Assembly: GCA_020056965.1 (NCBI GenBank)
Contig: JAGVGT010000032.1
Coordinates: 174 to 64,173 of the forward strand
Length of the DNA stretch: 64,000 nucleotides
Source of the DNA: Deltaproteobacteria bacterium
Lineage (GTDB): Bacteria > Desulfobacterota > Desulfobulbia > Desulfobulbales > JAGXFP01
Direction of reading: 5' to 3'
Shown: piece by piece, positions 29,316 through 39,027 of the stretch
How positions within the stretch are numbered: the first letter of the stretch is position 1
How the letters are laid out: each line of letters opens with the position of its first letter
The notes under the pieces: model-generated
Seen by the model: the letters and a program-made list of their open reading frames with translations, nothing else
What the model was told of the DNA's origin: nothing
The model's database searches: none
Made by a program: the position numbers and the translations under genes

Positions 29316-29798
29316 TCAGTGGTGGGCGACTTCGCCGATCCGGCCGACATCGACCCAGAGATAGCCCTGGTCGGTCTGGTAGACCCAGACCCCGGGCGCC
29401 TCAAAGAGCCGGCCCGGGTTGAAGTTGTCGATGTTTCTGGCCTGCGGTTCGCCGGCCCGGATCAAGGCATCGGGATCGACCCGCCCCAGCAGACCGCCGA
29501 TGGTCATTTTTGCGGCCATCTTGCCGACCTTGGCCAGCTCGCCCTTGTCCATCGTGGTGCCGTCCAGGCCCAGAAAACTGCCGGCGATCTCCTTGACCAA
29601 TCCGGCCGGAAAGAAAAAGAAGGCCGGAGTATTCTTGCCCCGTTGGAGATCGACCCGGACCTCCAGATAGTCCCGACGTCTTTCCCAGATTTTTCGTGAG
29701 GGGGCGGCCTCATCCAGCCGCTCCAGATGGATCAGGAACACCGTCTCGAACACATCGGCCAGGCTTTCGTAAATACCCTGGCGTGAAAATCTGTCCAT
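29316..29798 (-). CDS. CheX-like protein
   Basis: DVFETVF, EIAGSFLG pattern; GGGAGG RBS; divergent. Confidence 0.55.
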   Translation of the reverse strand: MDRFSRQGIYESLADVFETVFLIHLERLDEAAPSRKIWERRRDYLEVRVDLQRGKNTPAFFFFPAGLVKEIAGSFLGLDGTTMDKGELAKVGKMAAKMTIGGLLGRVDPDALIRAGEPQARNIDNFNPGRLFEAPGVWVYQTDQGYLWVDVGRIGEVAHH

Positions 29799-30133
29799 TG
29801 CATACCTCCCTTACCTGGCCCGAAAACCCCGACAACGGCGGAGAAGGCCGGTCATGGACAGTCTACCGCAGCAAACAGCCCGGGGTGCAAGAGTTTTTCA
29901 CAGAGGTAACGAACGGGAAATGACCAATGGCGAAAAAGGGCCTAAGCCGGCCAGGTTACGGCGATCAGCTGCAGAGCGGAATAATCTTAAGCCGGGCCGG
30001 CAGCTCGCTGGCTGAACCGCAAAATCCAGCCGACCGGCGCGCCACCGAGATCAGAATCGCGAGCAGGGCAGCCCTCGGATTCACCCGGCCTCCAGCCGAA
30101 AACGAGAATTTCCATCCGATTGACCGGAGTGGC

Positions 30134-31009
30134 TCAACTGGCCGGACCGCCTTTCAGGCGTTGCAGCAAAGCGGGATCGAGCTGATCAAGCTGATTTTCG
30201 ATCTGGGCCTGGTTCTGCTTGACCTTGTCGATAATGGCGGCCTCCGGGTAACGGCTGATAATTTTATTCAGCAGAGCCCAGGACTCCTCCAGGAGCTTCT
30301 TTTTCTGGGCGGGATCGTCGGTTTTCCGGGCCAGGATAGTGGCGGCCTGGCGGCGCAACTGGGTGGCGACCAGCGTCTGGGCTTCGCGAATCTTCTCCCT
30401 GGCCGCCGCCGCCTGCGGGGTATCCAACAACCCGGCGAACTCGCCGAGTGCTTCGTCATATTTTCCGGAGTCGAACAGGCCGACCGCCCGGTTCCATTTC
30501 TCGAGCTGCTCCTGCTCTCCCAGCGGTGCTTTCTGCCTTGCGGCCTCGGGCTGGACCGGGGCAACGCCCTGCGGCTCTCCGCCACCAGTCAGAGCGGAAA
30601 CCTGCTGAAAGAGCTGCCCGCACCCCCCCTCCAGAAAGGCGACATCATCGGAAAAGGCCTGCCAGGGCACGATGTCCGTGGCCGGCTCGTTCCGGCTCAC
30701 AATCTCTTCCTTCAACCGGCCGTAACTACGGGCCAGATGCTCCACGGCCGCAGAACACTCCGACCACCCCGCCGGGCGCCGAACCGCCAGAGCCGGGCTG
30801 GCCGTCCGCTCACCCAGCTCCCGCCAGCGCGCCAGCTGGTCGCCATAAATAGCCAGCCGACTATCCACCCGGGCCAGAGGCGGCAGCCCGGAACGAACCG
30901 CAGCCCCGGATCCGGGGTCGGGGCTCACGCCATCAAAAGCTACAGCCTGGCCGCCCCCGGCAGCCAGCAATTGGGCAACACAGACCAGCACCAGCGAACG
31001 ACCAACCAT
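30134..31009 (-). CDS. exported hypothetical helical/TPR-like protein
   Basis: directly after PBP1A with a GGAGGAG RBS; signal-like N-terminus; IISRYPEA..IDKV motif. Confidence 0.7.
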   Translation of the reverse strand: MVGRSLVLVCVAQLLAAGGGQAVAFDGVSPDPGSGAAVRSGLPPLARVDSRLAIYGDQLARWRELGERTASPALAVRRPAGWSECSAAVEHLARSYGRLKEEIVSRNEPATDIVPWQAFSDDVAFLEGGCGQLFQQVSALTGGGEPQGVAPVQPEAARQKAPLGEQEQLEKWNRAVGLFDSGKYDEALGEFAGLLDTPQAAAAREKIREAQTLVATQLRRQAATILARKTDDPAQKKKLLEESWALLNKIISRYPEAAIIDKVKQNQAQIENQLDQLDPALLQRLKGGPAS

Positions 31010-31010
31010 C

Positions 31011-34000
31011 TCACTCCTCCATCAGCCAATAAGGCTTGAAAAATCTGGCCGGTTTGGGCCGCTCACCACCACCAAATTCGCCGAAGGAGAGAACCACGGC
31101 GCCACCCCCCTCCCCGCCGGCCGCCAGACCGCCGCGGTCCTGATCGACCCGGACCTGCTTCTGGCCCAGGTCTGGATAAGCCAACGGCAATTCGACGCCC
31201 CCGGAGAAGGCAAGATCGTCCAGATCAACCTTGGCGGCATAATCGTTGTCGAGAAGAATCTGATTGGCCACCCCGCTCCAGGTCGGCAAGGCCCCCATCG
31301 CCCCGCTGATCCGAGTTGAACCCAGGGCCATCGGCGCGTTGTCGTCAAAACCCACATAAGAGGTCAACACATAACCCTCCGAGAGGGCAAACAGGCCGTT
31401 GGGGAGCAGGCCGGGCACCCCGCCGGCGAAGGCGGCATTGATGTAACGATTGGCGGTGCCGGTCTTCCCGACCACCGGAACCTTTGGCCCGTTCGCCCCC
31501 AGCTGCCGGCTGCGGACCGGATCGCGGCTGCGTAGCCGGACATTCTCGGCGGCATAGTGACCGGTCCCGAATTTCACGACCTGGCGCAGGATGTCGCCGA
31601 CCACCAGGGCGGTCTCCGGGGCTAGAATCTTTTTCTCCGACCGCTCCGCCTGGTAGATCACCTCCCCGTCACCGGCTTCGATCGTCTCGATGATGGCCAG
31701 GCCGGGATGGTGCCCATCGCCGTTGTACTTGATGGAGCCGGTCAGGAGCGCCTCGTAAACCCGGGCCACCTCCTGCAAACTCATGACATTGGAGCCCAGC
31801 GGAAAAGAGAGGACCGGATCAAGTCGGCTTTCCACCCCCATGGTCCGGCAGAGTCCGACCAGATACTGCAGACCCACCATGACCTTGAAATCCCTGGTCT
31901 GGAAAAGGATTTCCGGACTGTAGGGCGACAGATCCTTGAGCTTGGCATACTCCCGGTTAACCGCTTCGCTGAGCAGGTCAACGGTTTCGGCGGCCAAAAA
32001 GTTGTCGAGCAGTACCCCGCCCCAGAAGGCCTCTTTCTTGGCCTGGTCAAAACCGGCCAAGGTATCCGCCAACTCGCGACCGCTCAGCGACCGCCACCCC
32101 TCCGCGGTCGAGGCCGGTTGCCCCGGTTCCTCGTCCCCCTCCACGTCGGCGACGGACTGCCCCGCCCAACCGGTATAGAGGTAGCGGCCGGTCTGCCGGT
32201 TCTGGTAAAGGCCACTGGCCTCCCCGCCCCCGGCCGGCTCGGCCTCAAAGCGGCGACGCACCTCAACCAGCCCGGTGCGGAGTTTACCGAACCGCAGATA
32301 GCTACGGCGCAAGAGTTCCTTGCGCAAGCCGGATTCCTTATCCTTATTGTAGAAATCCGGATCGCGGGGCGCCGCCTCATCAACCTCGGCGCCGTCCTCG
32401 CCCTCCAGTCCCAGATCGATATCTACCCGCTTCAGGTAGTGGGCGAAATTGGTGCCGTATTGCAGCTTGCGGATGGTTTCGTAGTCATTGAGGCGCCCGG
32501 CGAAGACCAGGTCCGGCTCCAGTTCGGCCACCGCCCGCTCGAAGGCCACTTCATGGACGGTGTTGTCGTTAACCTGCACTCCGTAACCATCCCGAATCCG
32601 CTGCTGATAAGCGCCTTCCGCCTCGCCATCCCCAGGCGCCAAACCCAGATGGGCGACCACCTCCCGGAACTGGGCCGGGGGCAGCTTGTCGCAGAGGTGA
32701 TACAGGAGCCAGACGGTGGCGACATTCTCGGAGTTGACTCCGGCCCAGGTCATGGAAATTTCTTTAAAGGGGCTCTTGTGGTCCGGCCGGGGGAAATAGG
32801 GCTGGAACTGATAGATGAAGAAGTCCCGCTCATTGTTCAAGACATCCAGATTGCTCCAGCCCAGTTGCAGGGCGGCGGTATAGACCAGGGGTTTGACCAC
32901 CGAACCCATGGGCCGGCGGGCCGAGATCGCCCGGTTGTAATAACTGTTGTCCATGCCGCCGACCATGGCCCGGATCATCCCGTCGCGGGTGGCCAGCACC
33001 CCGCCCTGCAGCCGCGGATACCTTTCCATGTCGAGCAGGAGGGCCTTCCCGGCCAGGGCGACCTCTCTGACGCTGACATAGATCAGATCGCCGACCCTGA
33101 GGCGGGGCAACAGATATTGAATATCGTTCCGGCTTGCCTCGGCCCAGGCATTCCGTTCGAACTTGACCAGCGGGACCAGCAGGTTCATCAAACCCTTGTC
33201 GTCGATGAACGCCTGGTACTCCCCTTCCGGAGCCCCGGCCATGGCCACCACCACCTTGGGCACGAATCCCGGCACCACCTCCTTGACCCGGCCGAAATGA
33301 AAGGTGCCGGGCGAGAAGTCCCGCAAGCCATCGTCGCGGGTCAGAAGCTGATATTCCTTCTGGACCTGATCGCGCTCATAGCCGCGCAACCGGGTGTCCA
33401 GACGCGACAGTTCCCGCCGCAACACCCGCTGCCCTTCTTCCTGGATGCCTTTCTCGACGCTGGTGAAGATCCGCAGCCCGGAGTTGGAGACGTTATCGAT
33501 GCCGTGTTCCCGCAAGGCCGCCTCGATTTCCGGCTCGGCCAGCGCCTCTTTGACCAGGTCCATGACGGTGTTGAGCGAGAAGGAGGTCTTGCCCTGCTTG
33601 AAGGGCACCGGCTTGCCCCGGTAACGCTGATATTCGGCACTGCTGATCAGGCCGTTGTGGTGCATCTGCCCCAGCACATAGTCAACCCGCGCCCGGGACC
33701 GCTCCTTGGCGGCGTTTCTCTCGCCCTCATCAAGCTTGGTGAAGGGATTGTAATAATTGGGTCGTTTGACGCTGCCGGCGATGAAAGCGCATTCCGGCAG
33801 AGTCAACTGGGAAACATCCTTGTCAAAGTAATAGCGACTGGCGACCCCCAGCCCCAGGCCGGTGCCGCTCACATAAAACTGGTTGGCGTAAAACTCGAGG
33901 ATCTTCTCCTTGGGGTAGTTGTATTCCAGGCGCAGGGCGAACAGCAGTTCCTCCAGCTTGGAAACCAGGGAACGGCTCTTGCGCCGGAACAGATTTTTGG

Positions 34001-34385
34001 CGGTCTGCTGGGTGATGGTGCTGCCGCCCTGGACCACCCGACCGGCCAGAAGGTTGGCGGTCATGGCCCGCATGACCCCCATAAAGTCGAAACCGTGGTG
34101 AGAGAAAAATTTCTCGTCCTCGGAGGCGATCAGGCTGTTAACAAAATCCTTAGGAATCTGCGGGTAGGGGATATACTGGCGGTGGGCGTCCTCAAAGAAC
34201 ACCCCGACCTTTTCCTGGCCCCCGCTATAATAGACCGGGGTTTCCACCGAGAGGATCTTCTCGATATTGCCTTGGCGGATTTGCTCGCCGGGATCAAGGA
34301 TCACCAACCAATAATAAAGGATGAGGGCGATCGATCCCACCACCGAACCGACCACCGCCACCAGGGAAAAGAGTCTTCTAAACAT
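31011..34385 (-). CDS. class A penicillin-binding protein (PBP1A-like) with large insertions
   Basis: transglycosylase EDEKFFSHHG, GSTITQQ; transpeptidase SVVK, SEN, KTG. Confidence 0.9.
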   Translation of the reverse strand: MFRRLFSLVAVVGSVVGSIALILYYWLVILDPGEQIRQGNIEKILSVETPVYYSGGQEKVGVFFEDAHRQYIPYPQIPKDFVNSLIASEDEKFFSHHGFDFMGVMRAMTANLLAGRVVQGGSTITQQTAKNLFRRKSRSLVSKLEELLFALRLEYNYPKEKILEFYANQFYVSGTGLGLGVASRYYFDKDVSQLTLPECAFIAGSVKRPNYYNPFTKLDEGERNAAKERSRARVDYVLGQMHHNGLISSAEYQRYRGKPVPFKQGKTSFSLNTVMDLVKEALAEPEIEAALREHGIDNVSNSGLRIFTSVEKGIQEEGQRVLRRELSRLDTRLRGYERDQVQKEYQLLTRDDGLRDFSPGTFHFGRVKEVVPGFVPKVVVAMAGAPEGEYQAFIDDKGLMNLLVPLVKFERNAWAEASRNDIQYLLPRLRVGDLIYVSVREVALAGKALLLDMERYPRLQGGVLATRDGMIRAMVGGMDNSYYNRAISARRPMGSVVKPLVYTAALQLGWSNLDVLNNERDFFIYQFQPYFPRPDHKSPFKEISMTWAGVNSENVATVWLLYHLCDKLPPAQFREVVAHLGLAPGDGEAEGAYQQRIRDGYGVQVNDNTVHEVAFERAVAELEPDLVFAGRLNDYETIRKLQYGTNFAHYLKRVDIDLGLEGEDGAEVDEAAPRDPDFYNKDKESGLRKELLRRSYLRFGKLRTGLVEVRRRFEAEPAGGGEASGLYQNRQTGRYLYTGWAGQSVADVEGDEEPGQPASTAEGWRSLSGRELADTLAGFDQAKKEAFWGGVLLDNFLAAETVDLLSEAVNREYAKLKDLSPYSPEILFQTRDFKVMVGLQYLVGLCRTMGVESRLDPVLSFPLGSNVMSLQEVARVYEALLTGSIKYNGDGHHPGLAIIETIEAGDGEVIYQAERSEKKILAPETALVVGDILRQVVKFGTGHYAAENVRLRSRDPVRSRQLGANGPKVPVVGKTGTANRYINAAFAGGVPGLLPNGLFALSEGYVLTSYVGFDDNAPMALGSTRISGAMGALPTWSGVANQILLDNDYAAKVDLDDLAFSGGVELPLAYPDLGQKQVRVDQDRGGLAAGGEGGGAVVLSFGEFGGGERPKPARFFKPYWLMEE

Positions 34386-34792
34386 GATATTTGCTGCCCA
34401 GGCCGGCTAAGACCGCCGGGACGGCTGACAATCCTGAAGAAAGTGTGATGAAGTTAAAGCCATTGCGCAAGACCCAACGGGACACAGCAATGACCTGATC
34501 GGCCCGCGGGGCCGTAATGACACCGTCATAAAGTGAATCAACCCGCCGGGTTAGCATAGTCCGAGTGGCAGATTAGACTTATTGCGAAGCCCCCAATATT
34601 CACGATTCCCCCCGCAAAATCAAGTTGTAACATATTTTGTCTCCGGGCGGCGCCGATCCGCCGCCGCAACTAGGAATCCGCCGGCCGGAAAGACGGCCAA
34701 ACCTGACCGGCAGAGGGGCGAACAACCGCCGCCACGGTTCATAATTTCGGGAAATTCTTGGCAGTTATTATCAATAGTTGGTATAAGCAGGC

Positions 34793-36559
34793 ATGACTTT
34801 ATTTCTCCAGAAAATAGGCCGCCCGGCCGGCCTGGGACTGGTCACACTCCTGTTGGCCGCCCTCCCGGCCTGTGTAACCGCCCAGAAAATCGTCGCGTTT
34901 CCCGATCGACCGGTTGCGGCGACGGCTACGGTCGCTCCAACGCTGAACCCAACCACGCTTACCCCGCCGCCAACCACCATAGCCGACCAGGAAAACGACG
35001 ATCTCGTCGTAGACGCCCTGGCCAAAGAACCGATGGTGGCGTCGGAACCCAGCGCTAAATCGGGCGGCAACGGACCATCTCAGCTCTTGATCGGCCCCCT
35101 GCTTGATCCCCTTTTTGAACCCCAGGATCTCGCCGCTGAGGTGGCGGAATCCGAGGAGCAGACGGAGGAACTGATAGCGGAAGAAGACCCGGACGACCCG
35201 CTTCTGACCGGCGAGCTTGAGCCCCTGAGTATTGAAGAAATCCCCCTGCCTGGTCCCAATGACTTCGGAACTCTGGAAGGGGCGCTGGCCGACACCCGCA
35301 ACATCGGGGATCTGGCCGAGATCAGCGACCCCGACACCCAGTACGACCTCCCGGTGGTCTTAAACGAACAGGTCCAGTTCTTTCTCGACCAGTACCTGAC
35401 CAGCCACCGAAGAGTCTTCGAGCGCTGGCTGGCCCGCTCGGGTCGCTTTTTGCCGATGATCCAGGAAGAGCTGGCCAAGGCCGGCTTGCCGCTGGACCTC
35501 TGTTATCTGCCCATGATCGAGAGCGGTTTCCGGGTCACCGCCTATTCCCCGGCCAAGGCGATGGGGGCCTGGCAGTTCATCCCTGGCACCGCCAAGATGT
35601 ACGACCTGATCATCAACAAGGAGATTGACGAGCGGCGCGACCCGGTCAAATCAACCCGGGCCGCCATCCGTTTCCTCTCCGACCTTTACGAGGACTTCCA
35701 GTCCTGGCCCCTGGCCATCGCCGCCTACAACTCAGGAGGCGGCAGAGTTCGTAACGCCGTCGCGAAGACCGGCTCCACCGACTTCTGGGAACTGGCCAAG
35801 AGCCGCTACCTGCCGGCGGAAACCAAGTATTACGTGCCCAAACTGCTGGCCGCCATCATCGTCGCCAAGAACCCCGGGAAGTACGGCTTTGAGGAGATCG
35901 AATACGAAGCGCCTCTGGCCTTCGAGACGGTCCAGGTTCCGAAATCGACCCACCTGGCGGCCGTGGCCCTGGCGGCCGGGACCGATCTTGAGGAGATCTA
36001 CAGCCTGAACCGCCACCTCCGCAGGGCCGTCACCCCAGCCGACCAGAAATACTGCCGGCTCTGCGTGCCGGTCGGCACCAGTGAATTGATCAGCCAGAAT
36101 TTGCCCCTGGTCCGGACCACGTTTACCACCAAGTATAAGACCCATGTGGTCAAGAAGAAGGAAACCGCCGCCCGGATCAGCAAGAAGTACGGGATCAGCA
36201 AACAGACCCTGCTGAAGGTCAATCACCTGCGCGAGGCCAAACTTAAACCGGGTCTGCGGTTGCAGATTCCCTACCAGACCAAGTCTTACCGGCTTTCCAA
36301 CCGCCCCGAGCAGAGACTGGCCGCGGACCGCACCGAACAGCCGGAAGAAACCAGCCGTGAACCGATCCGCCACAAGATTCGCCCCGGCGACACCTTGTAC
36401 CAACTGGCCCGCCGCTACAAGGTTTCGATGGAAAAAATCGTCTCCTGGAACAACCTCCGCGACCCCAGACGACTCAGTGTCGGCCAGATTATCGACATCT
36501 ATCTTAATGATCGCAACGCCGCCCTCCTGAAGGTCGACGCCGATACCGCCAACGCCTGA
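34793..36559 (+). CDS. membrane-bound lytic transglycosylase (MltD-like) with LysM domains
   Basis: lipobox LPAC, IESG, GAWQF, AYNSG, ETKYYVPK, C-terminal LysM repeats. Confidence 0.92.
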   Translation: MTLFLQKIGRPAGLGLVTLLLAALPACVTAQKIVAFPDRPVAATATVAPTLNPTTLTPPPTTIADQENDDLVVDALAKEPMVASEPSAKSGGNGPSQLLIGPLLDPLFEPQDLAAEVAESEEQTEELIAEEDPDDPLLTGELEPLSIEEIPLPGPNDFGTLEGALADTRNIGDLAEISDPDTQYDLPVVLNEQVQFFLDQYLTSHRRVFERWLARSGRFLPMIQEELAKAGLPLDLCYLPMIESGFRVTAYSPAKAMGAWQFIPGTAKMYDLIINKEIDERRDPVKSTRAAIRFLSDLYEDFQSWPLAIAAYNSGGGRVRNAVAKTGSTDFWELAKSRYLPAETKYYVPKLLAAIIVAKNPGKYGFEEIEYEAPLAFETVQVPKSTHLAAVALAAGTDLEEIYSLNRHLRRAVTPADQKYCRLCVPVGTSELISQNLPLVRTTFTTKYKTHVVKKKETAARISKKYGISKQTLLKVNHLREAKLKPGLRLQIPYQTKSYRLSNRPEQRLAADRTEQPEETSREPIRHKIRPGDTLYQLARRYKVSMEKIVSWNNLRDPRRLSVGQIIDIYLNDRNAALLKVDADTANA

Positions 36560-36643
36560 TCAGCCGGGATGGCCTGCCGATGACGGACTCCGAGCAGGTC
36601 GTCTCTTTCGCCCCCTCCTTTAGCATCCACTAAAAGCTGGCCT

Positions 36644-37459
36644 ATGGAACTTACGGGAAAAATCGCCCTGGTGCTGGGCGGTGCCAAGGGAATCGGCCGG
36701 GAAATTTGTTTCTTCCTGGCCGCGCAGGGCGTTTCGGTGGCGACCACATACTGGGACTGGCCGGAGGATTCGGCGTCACTGGTCGCGAAACTGACCGTGA
36801 CCGGGGGCAACCACCTGGCGGTGGCCACCGATCTCCGCGACCCCGAGGCGGTGCGGGCCCTGTTCGCAGAAATCTCTCGTAAATACGGCCGGTTGGATAT
36901 CCTGATCAACAACATTGAACGCGGCGGCATGCCGGTGGTCCACGGCGAATATACCTCCGACCAGTGGGAGCTGGAGTTGGCCACCACCCTCAAGGCCAAA
37001 CGCTGGGTTTTCCACCACGCCCTGCCCCTGCTGAAAGCATCCGGCCAGGGGGCAGTGGTTAACATCTCCTCCATCGCCGGTCTGGTGGGACGGAGCGGCC
37101 CGGCCGGGCTGATCTTTAACGACGGCTATTCCGCCGCCAACCGGGCCGTCGGCCTGCTCACCGAAACCTGGGCCCGGATCGGGGCTCCCGAAGTACGGGT
37201 CAATGAACTGATGCTGGGGTTTTTTGAAACCAGACACGCCCAGGGCACCCGGGGCTGGGACCTGCTTTCCGAGGAGCAACGGCGGGCCATCACCGACCAC
37301 ATCCTTCTGGACCGGACCGGCCGAAGCGACGAGATTATCAAGGCAATCGGCTTCCTGCTGAGCGATGCCGACTACCTGACCGGCGCCACTCTGCGGCTGG
37401 ACGGCGGCTACGTGCTGGGCGGGGAAAAGGCAGCGCCCATGCCGCCGGGGGTGGTTTAG
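36644..37459 (+). CDS. SDR family oxidoreductase, atypical active site
   Basis: LGGAKGIG, VNISS, YSAAN in place of YxxxK, TGATLRLDGG. Confidence 0.85.
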   Translation: MELTGKIALVLGGAKGIGREICFFLAAQGVSVATTYWDWPEDSASLVAKLTVTGGNHLAVATDLRDPEAVRALFAEISRKYGRLDILINNIERGGMPVVHGEYTSDQWELELATTLKAKRWVFHHALPLLKASGQGAVVNISSIAGLVGRSGPAGLIFNDGYSAANRAVGLLTETWARIGAPEVRVNELMLGFFETRHAQGTRGWDLLSEEQRRAITDHILLDRTGRSDEIIKAIGFLLSDADYLTGATLRLDGGYVLGGEKAAPMPPGVV

Positions 37460-37463
37460 GGGA

Positions 37464-37742
37464 CTAGCGGCCGCCCATTTCTTTAAGAATATCTTCCACC
37501 GCCCAGACCGGCAGGTGGTTAAAGATGTATTCCACCGCCGCCTCCTTGCTTTGCTCATTTTCCTTGACCACCCCGAGCTCCTTCAGCAGATCGGCGGTGT
37601 CGAACCAGCACAGCTCTTGCCCCTTGGGCCCGTAAACCGTCAAAACCCGGCGGTTGGCCTCGTGCAGATGCTCCTCATCGACAACCTCACTGATCAGCCG
37701 CCGGGCTACCGCCACCGGGACATATTTTTCTTCTTCGGACAC
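37464..37742 (-). CDS. small acidic hypothetical protein
   Basis: GAGGAG RBS with GTG start; 92 aa; follows dgt. Confidence 0.7.
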   Translation of the reverse strand: MSEEEKYVPVAVARRLISEVVDEEHLHEANRRVLTVYGPKGQELCWFDTADLLKELGVVKENEQSKEAAVEYIFNHLPVWAVEDILKEMGGR

Positions 37743-37777
37743 GGTCTTGCTCCTCTTGGTTATTCTTCGAAACCGGC

Positions 37778-38818
37778 TCAGGTGGCCGGCATGAACAGTC
37801 GGTTATAAAGGTTCTGGGCCTGCCGGTCGGAAAGACTGGCAATGAAATCGCAGACCCGGCGCTCCATTGAAGAACTGCGCGGCACTCCCCGGGCCTCGCT
37901 CTCAAAAAAATCACGATGCTCCAGACAGTAGCGGAACAGATCCCGGAGGATCTTGCGGGCCTTGACGAACTCGTTATGGACCTGGGGGGAGCGATAGACC
38001 CGGTGAAACAGAAACTCCCGTAAATTCTGCATGGCTGAACCAACCCGGGGATCGACCGCAAAGGCCAGTCGAGACAGGTCGCCGGCCGCCGGTTTGGTAT
38101 GGGAGATCACCCCCTCGATCATCGCCATGACCCGCCGGGAATGGCTGGCCCCGAGGACCAACCGGCATTCCTCCGGCACATCCTCCTCCCGGAGAATGTC
38201 ACTGTGGATGGCGTCGTCCAGATCGTGACCAAGATAGGCGATAATATCGGCATAGCGGACCAGACAGCCCTCGGCCGTCTCCGGAAGGCCGTGGCTGCCG
38301 GCCGGGATGACCTCGCCGTAGCCCTTGGAATGATTGGCGATGCCGTCCCGGACCTCGTAGGTCAGATTCAGACCATCGCCCTGGTTCTCCAGCACATCCA
38401 CCACCCGCAGGGACTGCCGGTAATGGGAGAAACCGCCCGGCACCAGTTCGTTCAGCACCGTCTCGCCGGCATGGCCGAAGGGTGTATGGCCCAGGTCGTG
38501 CCCCAGGGCGATGGTCTCCACCAGATCCTCGTTCAAGTCCAGAGCGCGGGCCAGGGTCCGGCCAATCGCCGAAACCTCCAGGGTGTGGGTCAAGCGGGTC
38601 CGGCAATGATCGCCGGAGGGGGCCAGGAAGACCTGGGTCTTGTGCTTAAGGTTGCGGAAGGAGCGGCAGTAAACGATCCGGTCCCGGTCGCGCTGGAAGG
38701 CCGTACGCAGGAGACAATCCACCTCCGGTCGCATCCGCCCGCGCGACTTGGCGCTCAGAGTGGCGAAGGACGAAAGGGTCTCGCGCTCCAGCTGTTCTTG
38801 TTTTTCCCGGGTGTTCAT
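37778..38818 (-). CDS. dgt: deoxyguanosinetriphosphate triphosphohydrolase-like protein (short form)
   Basis: FQRDRDRI, HKTQVF, RTRLTHTLEV, HDLGHTPFGHAGE. Confidence 0.92.
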   Translation of the reverse strand: MNTREKQEQLERETLSSFATLSAKSRGRMRPEVDCLLRTAFQRDRDRIVYCRSFRNLKHKTQVFLAPSGDHCRTRLTHTLEVSAIGRTLARALDLNEDLVETIALGHDLGHTPFGHAGETVLNELVPGGFSHYRQSLRVVDVLENQGDGLNLTYEVRDGIANHSKGYGEVIPAGSHGLPETAEGCLVRYADIIAYLGHDLDDAIHSDILREEDVPEECRLVLGASHSRRVMAMIEGVISHTKPAAGDLSRLAFAVDPRVGSAMQNLREFLFHRVYRSPQVHNEFVKARKILRDLFRYCLEHRDFFESEARGVPRSSSMERRVCDFIASLSDRQAQNLYNRLFMPAT

Positions 38819-39027
38819 CGCCCCCACCGTCCTCAGCTAATCCCCCGGAGTCTCCGCCCCGGTCCCTTCTACTACCCCATTTCTCCGACCATTTCAAGGC
38901 GTCTGTGACCGCGCAGCTCCGGAAACACCGGGACCTGGGCCGATCACGCAATTTTACCTTCAATCCGGGGAGGATTCAGGCTAAGATAGCGGCCGGCCCC
39001 CCGACCAATCCCAACCGGAGTCAAACG

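Noticed and set aside
29927..31039. 370-aa plus-strand ORF
   Set aside because: Low-complexity shadow; the minus-strand ORF has the RBS and operon coupling.
31707..34448. 913-aa plus-strand ORF
   Set aside because: Antisense shadow of PBP1A caused by GC-rich codon bias; no motifs. The same applies to 357-1739, 9045-10139, 10236-11378, 11707-13029, 16195-17358, 54661-55854 and 59626-61848.
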